Assembly (NCBI GenBank): GCA_016839515.1 | Contig: JAEOUE010000188.1 | Span: 1 to 26,209, forward strand | Direction: 5' to 3' | DNA length: 26,209 nucleotides | Origin: Candidatus Hodarchaeum mangrovi | Lineage (GTDB): Archaea > Asgardarchaeota > Heimdallarchaeia > Hodarchaeales > Hodarchaeaceae | Part shown: positions 7,865 to 17,049 of the stretch, piece by piece | Layout: each line of letters begins with the position of its first letter | How positions within the stretch are numbered: the first letter of the stretch is position 1 | Position numbers and translations under genes: made by a program | Notes under the pieces: model-generated | Seen by the model: the letters and a program-made list of their open reading frames with translations, nothing else | Database searches by the model: none | What the model was told of the DNA's origin: nothing

Positions 7865-9553
7865 ATGCCTCGCGGTGGCGGTGGTGGATTCCGTGGAGGA
7901 GGAGGTGGAGGAGGCGGATTTCGAGGAGGAGGGTTTAGAGGCGGAAGTGGTAGCTTTCGAGTAGGCAGTGTGAGATCTTCAGGACGTCCATTTGGTCGTA
8001 CTGGAGCACGAAGGACAGTCTCACGATCACCTAGTCGTCAAAGTACAGGTCGTTCCACTTTTTGGAGACGTCCTCATAGACATTATTGGGGACCTTATTA
8101 TAGACCATGGTACCGACGTTGGTGGTATTGGAACTGGTGGTGGGGATATCCTGGAAGACCATGGTATTATGCTCCTGTATATTGGGGTGGAGGTGCAGCT
8201 TTAGCAATTATAATTGTCCTCCTAATAATACCAATTATTGGTCTGGCAATTATTCCATATCCATTTACTAATGCCTCATCAGATGGATTGGTTAATTATA
8301 GAGATACTCAGACATTATATTATAATGAATATTGGTATGAACGAGAAACTATGTCAACCGGTGGTTCTATAACATATTCGATGGAAGCTATCAGTCCTTC
8401 GGGTCAAGGAGTAACATTTATCATAGCAAATCATCCATTTGAAGCTTTTCCAGCAACTTCTCAACGTTCAGGAACCTATAGTGAAAATGATATGGTTGTT
8501 CAAGCAGATCATGACTATCAATACCTAGGGTATTTCTTGAAACCTGGGTCATCTTTGGATTATTCTTTTGAAGTGGTGTCAGGTGAAATAGAATTTTTCA
8601 TTGCAGACGCGAATGATCTAAATAAATGGAATAATTGGGAAACAATTGTACCTGAGGATGAATATATTGGTAGTGGGAATTATAGTAATCAATTTATCAT
8701 TCCATATGCTCAAGATTGGTACCTTGTATGGTATAACCCATATGCAACTCCTGCAGTCATCGATTTCATCGTTGATTATATTGCTGAAGATGTTTATGAC
8801 TTCAGTTCAGCTCCTGTTAATATTGGCCCTACTGAGACAGTTCCTGAGAGTACCTTTGTAGTACCCAGTAGTGGTACTTGGTATTTCTTTGTCTACTTGG
8901 ATCCGTTTGTTAATCCTGATTATTCTGTCGAAATCACGTTCGATGTTTCTTATGAGACTGGAGTAACCCATACAGATCGATGGACTGATTTTAGACCAAT
9001 TCTTTTAGTTATTGGAGCAATAATTGTAATTATTTTAATCATCGCGTTAATTCAACGCAGATCTAGAAAAAGTCAACCTCCAGATACTACAACAGTTACT
9101 CCAGTTACCCCCTCAACGGCTCCTTCTGCTGATGTTGTTACAACATCTTCCAGTGGTCAGTGTCAAAGATGTAGATATGACTATAGGGCAGGAGATATTT
9201 ATTGTAAGAATTGTGGGGCAAAATTGATCGGAAGGGACTATGGATCCTCCAACGTAACTACTCCTGCATCGTCGAATAATTGTACGAGCTGTGGACAAAC
9301 AATAATTCCTGGTAGTAAATATTGCAAACATTGTGGGGCAAAGGTCATCACTGAAAAAGGATATTCGTACTTCCCTGATGAGAGAAAATCATTCTATTGC
9401 CAATTAGATGGATCAAAACACCCTTCAACTGATTCAGCATATCAATGTACGCAGTGTTCTAGAATGATCTGTAAAAATTGTTATGATGATCTGAGTAGAA
9501 CGGAAGTTTCTGTTTGTCCGTATTGTAAAGGGTCTCTTCATCAAATTCAATGA
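7865..9553 (+). CDS. Two-TM membrane protein: RGG-rich N-tail, extracytoplasmic beta-sandwich region, two Zn ribbons, C-terminal RING-like finger (candidate E3 ligase)
   Basis: FRGG repeats; TM AALAIIIVLLIIPIIGLAII and TM PILLVIGAIIVIILIIALI; CQRC-x10-CKNC and CTSC-x10-CKHC; C-x2-D-x12-C-x2-C-x4-C-x2-C-x11-C-x2-C. Confidence 0.75.
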   Translation: MPRGGGGGFRGGGGGGGGFRGGGFRGGSGSFRVGSVRSSGRPFGRTGARRTVSRSPSRQSTGRSTFWRRPHRHYWGPYYRPWYRRWWYWNWWWGYPGRPWYYAPVYWGGGAALAIIIVLLIIPIIGLAIIPYPFTNASSDGLVNYRDTQTLYYNEYWYERETMSTGGSITYSMEAISPSGQGVTFIIANHPFEAFPATSQRSGTYSENDMVVQADHDYQYLGYFLKPGSSLDYSFEVVSGEIEFFIADANDLNKWNNWETIVPEDEYIGSGNYSNQFIIPYAQDWYLVWYNPYATPAVIDFIVDYIAEDVYDFSSAPVNIGPTETVPESTFVVPSSGTWYFFVYLDPFVNPDYSVEITFDVSYETGVTHTDRWTDFRPILLVIGAIIVIILIIALIQRRSRKSQPPDTTTVTPVTPSTAPSADVVTTSSSGQCQRCRYDYRAGDIYCKNCGAKLIGRDYGSSNVTTPASSNNCTSCGQTIIPGSKYCKHCGAKVITEKGYSYFPDERKSFYCQLDGSKHPSTDSAYQCTQCSRMICKNCYDDLSRTEVSVCPYCKGSLHQIQ

Positions 9554-9561
9554 TAGACCTT

Positions 9562-10536
9562 TTATTTTTTTTTATTCAATTCTGGAATTAAATTAGGAGG
9601 CCTATTTCCAGCCTCAATTGCTATAATATTATTTGCAACCATTACTGCCATTGCATTTCTTGCGTTGGTTGTTGCAGATCCTAAATGTGGTGTCATAACT
9701 ATGTTTTTCAGCTTTCTCATTCGCTCAGAAATAAAAGGTTCATCATAAAAAACATCTAATCCTGCTCCTGCTATCAATCCAGTCTCAAGTGCTTCAATCA
9801 GGTCAGTTTCATTTATTACTTTTCCACGAGTCGTATTAATTAAATAAGAAGAAGATTTCATTACTTCTAACTCATTTTTAGATATTAAATGGTGAGTCTC
9901 TTCAGTATAAGGAACATTTAAACTAAGAATATCAACATCCTTTAGTAGATTCTTTAAACTAGGATAATGAATGAATCCAAATTTTTCTTCTAATTCAGGT
10001 TTTCTTGTCCTTGAATGATAAATAATTTTCATGTCAAAGCCTATTCCTCGTTTTCCCACGGCACTCCCAATTCGACCTGCACCTATAATTCCCAGTGTTT
10101 TTCCTGTGACTTCATAACCTAACATATATTCTGGAAACCAACCAGAAAACGCATTTCGTCGACAAATGCTATCGCCTTCTATTATCCTTCGTGTAACAGC
10201 TAATATTAAAGCCCAAACTAAATCAGCTGTTGCATTGGTCAAAACATCAGGTGTATTTGTTACTTTTATACCAAATTCTTTTGCTGCTTCAATATCAATA
10301 TTATTATAACCTACAGCATAGTTAACTATTCCTTTAAGGTTAGTAGCGAGCTCCATATGATGTTTTGTGATTTGAATAGATAACAATGGTATTAAATACT
10401 TAGTTTCAGGCAATTTTTCTTTAAGTTGATCATCAATAGATAGATTTTTGTCTAAAACTTCTATTTCAAAGTTTTTTTCTAATAAAATAATACCTTCTTT
10501 TGGGATACGATGTGTACAAAGTACTTTAGGTTTCAT
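9562..10536 (-). CDS. D-glycerate dehydrogenase / glyoxylate reductase (D-2-hydroxyacid dehydrogenase)
   Basis: AVGYNNID, TNTPDVLT, Rossmann GIIGAGRIG, INTTRG, GLDV, TPHLGSAT. Start moved to MKPKVL (ATG10536) to remove the overlap with the upstream gene. Confidence 0.92.
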   Translation of the reverse strand: MKPKVLCTHRIPKEGIILLEKNFEIEVLDKNLSIDDQLKEKLPETKYLIPLLSIQITKHHMELATNLKGIVNYAVGYNNIDIEAAKEFGIKVTNTPDVLTNATADLVWALILAVTRRIIEGDSICRRNAFSGWFPEYMLGYEVTGKTLGIIGAGRIGSAVGKRGIGFDMKIIYHSRTRKPELEEKFGFIHYPSLKNLLKDVDILSLNVPYTEETHHLISKNELEVMKSSSYLINTTRGKVINETDLIEALETGLIAGAGLDVFYDEPFISERMRKLKNIVMTPHLGSATTNARNAMAVMVANNIIAIEAGNRPPNLIPELNKKK

Positions 10537-10558
10537 TTCATTAATAATTCCTTTAATT

Positions 10559-12115
10559 TTATTCTGATTGATAAATGATAGAGCCACCGACAACAGTAGA
10601 GTCAATTAAATTTGAGTTTATTTCTTCAGGATCAATTGAATTAAGAGGTTTTTTCAAAATAACAAAATCTGCGTACTTATTTTTAGTTATGCTACCTAGT
10701 AATGACTCCATAAACAAGGCATGAGCATTATTAATAGTATAAGCTTTTACAGCCTCCATCAGGGGTATTTGTACCTCATGAGATGGAAAAATTAATGCCT
10801 CTCTTATCCCAAAAAGTGGATCAAGGGGCATATTATCTGAACCAAAGCAAAGATGAGCCTTATGAGTCAAAATAGTGTTAAATCGATTGAGTTTCAGAAA
10901 ACGATCCTTTCCAAGTCTTTGTTCATACAACTGCCCTGGATATTGCCATTTTAAAAAGTTTGGTTGCATAGATAATATTATTCCAAGTTCTTTTGCTTTT
11001 TGAATTTGAGGATTTGAAATACATTCAGCATGCTCAATTCTATGACGTCTTTCAGTAAATGTTTTTCCTAATCCTTTTAACGCCTTCTCATAACAATTTA
11101 GCAAACGCTCAATTGCCTGGTCTCCAATTGCATGAATACAAATGGTATATTCATTTTCTTCAGCAAATTTGATTTGTGCTACTAATTCATCGTCATTTAA
11201 GAAAATTTCGCCATTCGTATCAATATCCTCATATCTAGAGCTCAATAAAGCGGTATAGGCCCCCAAAGCTCCATCATAAAAACCTTTGAATCCAGAGAAA
11301 CGGAGATAAGACGAACCCCAGTTTTGAGTCATTCCTATTGCATGAAATTGCTTAAGAGAATTTCGAGTCGGATTAAGAAAAATTCGAATTCCTAATTTCT
11401 TCCCAGTATCCAATGTAAAATAAGCTTTCAGTATATTTTTCTGTCCTTCAGGTGTTATAGTTAAATTATCAACAACAGATGTAATACCTTTTGATGCAGC
11501 GAAAGAAGCGGCTTTTTCAATACTATTGGGAATTAAATTTTGGTAAAATGGTGTCATATCAATCCAGACATCCTTTAATATACCTGAAGGAATTCTAGTT
11601 GAATCTTTGTCTACTCCAGGATGGTTTAAATCAAGATTTAAAGCTTTAAATGCAAGACTATTAACTACTACTAAATGTCCATCCTCTCTTTTCGCATACA
11701 CAGGGTTTTTTGGGGCAATTATATCTAAATCTACTTTTTGAATATATTTTTTAGAATCAAGCCATTTTGATTCATCCCAATTTGAAGCAAATAACCATTC
11801 ACCTGGTTTCTTCTTTGAAATCTCTTCTTCAATTTTATCTAATGTTTTTCTATAGGTTAATATATTTGATAAATCAACTGATAAAATTCCAGAATCCTTC
11901 CAAAGATGTGTATGAAGATCAATAAACCCAGGAATGATCGCTTTTTCAGCAAGATTGGTGAAATTTGTTGTATTTTTCAGGAATTTTTCTTTATGAGAAC
12001 CAACATAAACAAATTTATCATTCTTTACTGCTATCATTTCTACAGAAGGATTTATAGAATCCATTGTTTGAATATGATCACCAAAAAGAACCCAATCATA
12101 ATATTCTTTTGTCAT
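10559..12115 (-). CDS. Amidohydrolase family 3 (YtcJ-like) metal-dependent hydrolase
   Basis: PGFIDLHTH, DGH..VVNS, KGFYDGALG, IHAIGD, RHRIEH, SMQP, FGSD, ADFVIL. Confidence 0.9.
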   Translation of the reverse strand: MTKEYYDWVLFGDHIQTMDSINPSVEMIAVKNDKFVYVGSHKEKFLKNTTNFTNLAEKAIIPGFIDLHTHLWKDSGILSVDLSNILTYRKTLDKIEEEISKKKPGEWLFASNWDESKWLDSKKYIQKVDLDIIAPKNPVYAKREDGHLVVVNSLAFKALNLDLNHPGVDKDSTRIPSGILKDVWIDMTPFYQNLIPNSIEKAASFAASKGITSVVDNLTITPEGQKNILKAYFTLDTGKKLGIRIFLNPTRNSLKQFHAIGMTQNWGSSYLRFSGFKGFYDGALGAYTALLSSRYEDIDTNGEIFLNDDELVAQIKFAEENEYTICIHAIGDQAIERLLNCYEKALKGLGKTFTERRHRIEHAECISNPQIQKAKELGIILSMQPNFLKWQYPGQLYEQRLGKDRFLKLNRFNTILTHKAHLCFGSDNMPLDPLFGIREALIFPSHEVQIPLMEAVKAYTINNAHALFMESLLGSITKNKYADFVILKKPLNSIDPEEINSNLIDSTVVGGSIIYQSE

Positions 12116-12321
12116 ATTTTTAGAACAACCTATTAATTAATCCAAATCAAATCGAGGATATTTTTAAGTGGTTTTTCGTCTTTTCATTTAAGTATCAAAT
12201 GGTTAAATCAAGGATTAATTTTAACGAAGAAAAATTAAGAAAACTATTAATTTCTATAAATTAAGCTCTTTTCACTATATTTCGATAATATGTAATTATC
12301 AATGTATACAGGTGACTAGAA

Positions 12322-13362
12322 ACGACAGATAATACACGAATTATAGAGTTGGACATGGGTCATGGGGGTAAGAAGATGGACTTCTTAATTGAATTTATAG
12401 CCAATAGAATAGCAATAAAAAAAACTTCAGAAAATGCATTAGGGGTAGAAGCATTTGATGATGGAGCAATTATTCCTTTTGCTAATCAGAATTATAATAT
12501 TGTTGTTACAACAGATTCATATACTGTGACACCCATTTTCTTTCGCGGAGGAAATATTGGGACTCTAGCTATTTCAGGTACAATAAATGACCTCCTAATG
12601 ATGGGAGCAAAACCAATTGCTATAACATTAGCACTAATAATAAGAGAAGGATTTTCATTTCAGGAATTAGGGGAAATAATTAAAACAATATCCGATATTT
12701 CTTCAAAATATGGGATTGCTATTGTTGCAGGTGATACTAAGGTTATGCCAAGAACAGCAATGAATGAAGTTACATTAATTATTAATACAACTGGATTTGG
12801 TGTGATTCCTCCCAATATGAGAATAACTGACAGTTCTATAAAACCTGGCGACAAAATAATTTCCACAGGAACTTTAGGTGACCATGGATTTGCTATGTTA
12901 GCAATTAGAGAAGGTATTGAGTTAGAAACTACACTTGAATCGGATGTTGCCCCCTTAATTGACCTCATTCTTCCTTTGTTAAAGTATAGGATACATGCGA
13001 TGAAAGATCCTACACGAGGGGGGTTAGCCAGTGTTCTAAATGAATGGGCTAAAAAATCAGCTGTTTCTATCTGGTTAGAGGAAGCTACAATACCAGTTAA
13101 AGAAGAAGTAAGGATAATTTCTGAAATTTTTGGAATAGATCCTTTATTGGTCTCAAATGAGGGAAAAGCAATTCTCGCGGTTCATCCTGAGGACGCAGAT
13201 AAAATTCTTAATGAAATTAAACGTTCAAAATTAGGAAAGAAAGCTGCAATTATTGGTGAGGCAAAATCTAATAGAAAAGGCCAAGTATTACTTAAAACCC
13301 GAATTGGGGGTCATAGAATATTAGATAAACCTGTTGGTGAACCAATTCCTCGGGTTTGTTGA
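12322..13362 (+). CDS. hypE: Hydrogenase maturation carbamoyl dehydratase HypE (start uncertain: ACG12322 or TTG12349)
   Basis: TTDSYTVTPIFF.GG.IG, GTINDL, GDTKV, DPTRGGLA, NEGK, and C-terminal PRVC with the catalytic Cys. Confidence 0.95.
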   Translation, partial: TTDNTRIIELDMGHGGKKMDFLIEFIANRIAIKKTSENALGVEAFDDGAIIPFANQNYNIVVTTDSYTVTPIFFRGGNIGTLAISGTINDLLMMGAKPIAITLALIIREGFSFQELGEIIKTISDISSKYGIAIVAGDTKVMPRTAMNEVTLIINTTGFGVIPPNMRITDSSIKPGDKIISTGTLGDHGFAMLAIREGIELETTLESDVAPLIDLILPLLKYRIHAMKDPTRGGLASVLNEWAKKSAVSIWLEEATIPVKEEVRIISEIFGIDPLLVSNEGKAILAVHPEDADKILNEIKRSKLGKKAAIIGEAKSNRKGQVLLKTRIGGHRILDKPVGEPIPRVC

Positions 13363-13372
13363 GTCTTCCCCT

Positions 13373-13624
13373 TTAAGTTGAGGGTGTAGAAGATTCCTTT
13401 TCAGATGCCCATATTTCTTCCCAAAGTGTAAGAATCTCTTTAGCTTCTTGGGGTTCAATCTTAGATACTGCATAGCCAGTATGGATTAATATCCAGTCTC
13501 CTTGCTTCACCTCATCAGGAAGTAGAGCAATACTTATTTCTCTTTTAACACCTTGTCCAAAATCAGCTAGAATCATCGTCTTATCAATAAAATTAACAAC
13601 TTGAGCGGGAATTGCAAGACACAT
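13373..13624 (-). CDS. hypC: Hydrogenase assembly chaperone HypC
   Basis: MCLAIP N-terminus, GDWILIHTGYA; AGGGGT upstream. Confidence 0.95.
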   Translation of the reverse strand: MCLAIPAQVVNFIDKTMILADFGQGVKREISIALLPDEVKQGDWILIHTGYAVSKIEPQEAKEILTLWEEIWASEKESSTPST

Positions 13625-13772
13625 TCTTAATTATACCCCTTCTATTGGTCTAGAATCACTAAATATTGTAAATTTTTTATCTTTGATAAGTTTAATTATT
13701 TTTTTCATGTTCATCCATTAGTTTAATCTCGTCTTTTTTCCTTTACATGAGGAGATTATATACGGTAATAAT

Positions 13773-16193
13773 TTGATAAAATTTAGATTTCAGCCTAATT
13801 GTGGTTTTCCTTTGTATTGTACTATAACAATAACAGGTGTTGTGCAAGGGATTGGATTTCGTCCTTTTGTATATAATATTGCAGTAAATCATAATCTTCA
13901 AGGATTTGTATTAAATCGTGGGGATGCAGGAGTTGAAATACAGATTAAAGGAACTAGAACTAGCATCAATAGTTTTATAGCGGATCTTAAAAATAAAAAA
14001 CCTCCACTAGCTCGTTATGAATCCTTTCAAACAGCTTTTAATGTCCAAAATGATATTTTAGACAATTATCATTCATTTAAAATTGAAAAAAGTTCACTGA
14101 TGCAAGGATCTTCTGGTTATATTCCACCAGATCTACCTATTTGTAATATTTGTATTGAAGAAATGACTTCAGATCCTCGTCGGAAGTTTTATCCCTTTAC
14201 TTCGTGTGTTGAATGTGGCCCTCGTTTTACTGTAATTACGTCTCTCCCATATGATCGCCCACGTACAGTTATGGATCAATTTCCATTATGTAATGATTGT
14301 TTAACTGAATATTCTAATCCTAATGACCGTAGATTCCATGCACAAACTACATGTTGTTGGAACTGTGGTCCTAAATATTCATTAATTGATAAAAAAGGAA
14401 ATATAATTATTGATCCTCTTAGCTTTCAATCAAAATGGCAGGAGATTAATACTTTAATTAAAGAAGGGTATATTATTGCTATTAAAGGAATAGGAGGAAC
14501 TCATCTTGCTTGTAGTACACTACAAGATGATCCAATAATTCGATTACGTCAATGGAAGGGAGCTAGAGGGGAAAAACCGTTTGCTGTTATGTCTGGGAAT
14601 ATTCCAAAGGTTAAATCATTTGCTTATTGCAGTGAAGATGAAGAGAAAATTCTCCATAGCTTAGCAAGACCAATTGTTTTATTAAATAAGAATAAAGATT
14701 ATTTTCTTTCGCAATTTGTCTCTCCAAAACTTCATAACATCGGAGTTATGCTTCCATATGCAGGTATTCATGTGTTACTTGCGAATAATACTACTGAACC
14801 AGCCTTGATTATGACATCTGCAAATCCAAGTAATTTACCTACATTGATTAATAATTCACAGATTATTTCTGATTTATCCCCAATAGCAGATTATTTTTTA
14901 TTGCATGATCGAGAAATCTTTCAACGTGCTGATGATAGTGTATTAAGAATTCATGATCTACCAAGCTCTTCTCGGCCTTTGTTTATTCGTAAAAGTCGTG
15001 GTTATGTACCTGAACCGATTTCTCTTCCTTGGACTACTCCCTCTCCTAATGTATTAGCATTGGGAGCTGAAATGTATAATGTGGGAGCTTTAGGACTTAA
15101 AAATCAATGTTTTGCTACTCAACACATCGGTCATATGTCTACACTCGAAAACATTGATTTTTTTAACGATTCAATTCAACATTTCAGAAAGTTATTAGGT
15201 ATAAAGAATATCGAAGCCATTGGTGGTGATTTACATCCTGATTTTTTTACCACAAAATTGGGGTATCGACTCTCCGAGGAACTTCATGTGCCCTTTTATC
15301 AATTTCAACACCATCATGCTCACTTAAGCGGATTATCGTTGGATGGAAAAGCCAATCCAGATGATTTAATAATTTGTGTTGCATTGGATGGCACAGGTTT
15401 TGGATCTGATGGAAATATTTGGGGAGGTGAAATTTTATTGGGTAATTATGAAGAATTTACTCGGGTAGCACATTTAGAAAATCAAATACTTTTTGGAGGC
15501 GATAAAGCTATAGTTGATCCTCTTAGAGTTCTTCTTTCCATACTTCTGAAAGGATTCAATATTGATGACTTAACTGTTTGTCTTCAATCATTACCATGGC
15601 TAACTTGGATACCTCAACGTGATGATTATCAGATTCTTAGTACTCAAATCACCCATTCTTTATCTAAAAATACATCTAAAAAGATTATACAGACATCTAG
15701 TACAGGTCGTATTCTAGATACAATTAGTATTATGCTTGGAGCTTCTCGTGAAAGAACTTATGAAGGAGAACCCGCAATCAAGTTAGAATCTTTAGCTGAG
15801 AAGGCAAAAAAGCGTTCTAAAAATTTAGATTTTGATTTACCAATTTCTACTAAGTCAGGAGGTAAGATTATTATAGAAACTTCTCCTTTTATATTTGAAA
15901 TCTGGAATGAGATCCAATCCAATAGCTCTTTACCTGAAATAGCATATGCAGCTGAATTAGCAATAGCGAAATCCTTTGCAATGGTAGCAATAGATTGCTT
16001 AAATCAGCATGGAGCATCTAAGGTGGGATTATCTGGGGGAGTTGCATTCAATAGGGTAATATTTTCTGAATTTTATCGAATCTTGGAAGCGAATAACCTA
16101 GGAAAAAAGATAATTTACCATCATCAAATTCCCTGTGGAGATGGAGGAATAGCTATAGGTCAAGTCCCCCTAATCCAAGCAAAACTCCTTTAA
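13773..16193 (+). CDS. hypF: Carbamoyltransferase HypF (start may be slightly downstream)
   Basis: Acylphosphatase GVVQGIGFRPFVY, Zn fingers CNIC/CVEC/CNDC/CWNC, KGIGG, MTSAN, HHHAH, LDGTGFG, GDGG. Confidence 0.96.
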   Translation: MIKFRFQPNCGFPLYCTITITGVVQGIGFRPFVYNIAVNHNLQGFVLNRGDAGVEIQIKGTRTSINSFIADLKNKKPPLARYESFQTAFNVQNDILDNYHSFKIEKSSLMQGSSGYIPPDLPICNICIEEMTSDPRRKFYPFTSCVECGPRFTVITSLPYDRPRTVMDQFPLCNDCLTEYSNPNDRRFHAQTTCCWNCGPKYSLIDKKGNIIIDPLSFQSKWQEINTLIKEGYIIAIKGIGGTHLACSTLQDDPIIRLRQWKGARGEKPFAVMSGNIPKVKSFAYCSEDEEKILHSLARPIVLLNKNKDYFLSQFVSPKLHNIGVMLPYAGIHVLLANNTTEPALIMTSANPSNLPTLINNSQIISDLSPIADYFLLHDREIFQRADDSVLRIHDLPSSSRPLFIRKSRGYVPEPISLPWTTPSPNVLALGAEMYNVGALGLKNQCFATQHIGHMSTLENIDFFNDSIQHFRKLLGIKNIEAIGGDLHPDFFTTKLGYRLSEELHVPFYQFQHHHAHLSGLSLDGKANPDDLIICVALDGTGFGSDGNIWGGEILLGNYEEFTRVAHLENQILFGGDKAIVDPLRVLLSILLKGFNIDDLTVCLQSLPWLTWIPQRDDYQILSTQITHSLSKNTSKKIIQTSSTGRILDTISIMLGASRERTYEGEPAIKLESLAEKAKKRSKNLDFDLPISTKSGGKIIIETSPFIFEIWNEIQSNSSLPEIAYAAELAIAKSFAMVAIDCLNQHGASKVGLSGGVAFNRVIFSEFYRILEANNLGKKIIYHHQIPCGDGGIAIGQVPLIQAKLL

Positions 16194-16318
16194 AGCCCTT
16201 CTCTTCTTTTTAAAGGAATAAAAAAGTAACCCAAGTGTCATCATATTGAATACATTTAAAATATACATCACATAATTACCCGTAGTATATTCCTTAAAGA
16301 AACTTCATATCTTTCTTT

Positions 16319-16936
16319 ATGAAGAAAAAAGAGAGTCGATATAGAATGGCATTACCTGAAAAAAATAACGCTAAAATACCTTTATATCAGAATGGTCTTC
16401 GAGATTTATACCAATCACTAATAGAATTAAAAAAGATTCTTAAAACTCCAGATGATAAATCAGCAGATGAACTTTATAAACACCTAGTGACTATTGAAGA
16501 CGCTTTGGAGACATTATTGAACTGGATTAAGCTTGAAAAGAATGGTCTTCGCAATTTTGAAACTATTCTAGAATGGACAAATCAATTAGCACAAGATGGT
16601 TCAATGCATATAGATGAATTAAGAAGTCGATTAAGAACAATTCTACTCCCACAAGTTGAATCATTTACCCAAAACCTTGCTACTGGAGAAAAAAGTGCAC
16701 TAAAAGTGTTAGATGTAATTAAGAAAAATCTAGAATCTGTACAAACATTTTTAAAGATGGTTCAGCAACAAAATTTTAAGCTATTAACCATGATTGGTTA
16801 TGAACCTCAAGATGGTACCTCTCACTTAGATCTTGCCCTTTTCAATCTATATCAAGGTCGAATCCCGGATTTTAATAAGGAATTAAGTTATTTAAAACAA
16901 AACTTGCAGGTTAAGGAATCAAATGGATCGAGTTAA
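16319..16936 (+). CDS. Hypothetical alpha-helical protein with an internal ~50-aa repeat (start possibly ATG16346)
   Basis: 205-codon ORF, amphipathic helices, repeated NGLR...DEL...LxTI unit; no recognisable family. Confidence 0.7.
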   Translation: MKKKESRYRMALPEKNNAKIPLYQNGLRDLYQSLIELKKILKTPDDKSADELYKHLVTIEDALETLLNWIKLEKNGLRNFETILEWTNQLAQDGSMHIDELRSRLRTILLPQVESFTQNLATGEKSALKVLDVIKKNLESVQTFLKMVQQQNFKLLTMIGYEPQDGTSHLDLALFNLYQGRIPDFNKELSYLKQNLQVKESNGSS

Positions 16937-17049
16937 ATTTGCTAGAACTTAAAAAAGATCCAAAGAGGATTTGATTCCTTTGGTGTATTATCCACAATTT
17001 TAAATTTAAAAAGTACAAAAATTCATCAGAATAAAAAAAAAGTAGTAAG

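Noticed and set aside
7992-9331. Short ORFs 7992..8204, 8646..8861 and 9113..9331
   Set aside because: Alternate-frame or antisense ORFs inside the 562-aa gene, with no motifs.
10537-10605. N-terminal extension of the dehydrogenase in the ORF track
   Set aside because: Overlaps the amidohydrolase 3' end; family similarity starts at MKPKVL.
11906-12968. ORFs 11906..12136 and 12660..12968
   Set aside because: Antisense to the amidohydrolase and hypE.
16951-16957. AAAAAAG run before a hairpin as a second frameshift site
   Set aside because: Lies after the TAA stop at 16934-16936, so it is not translated.
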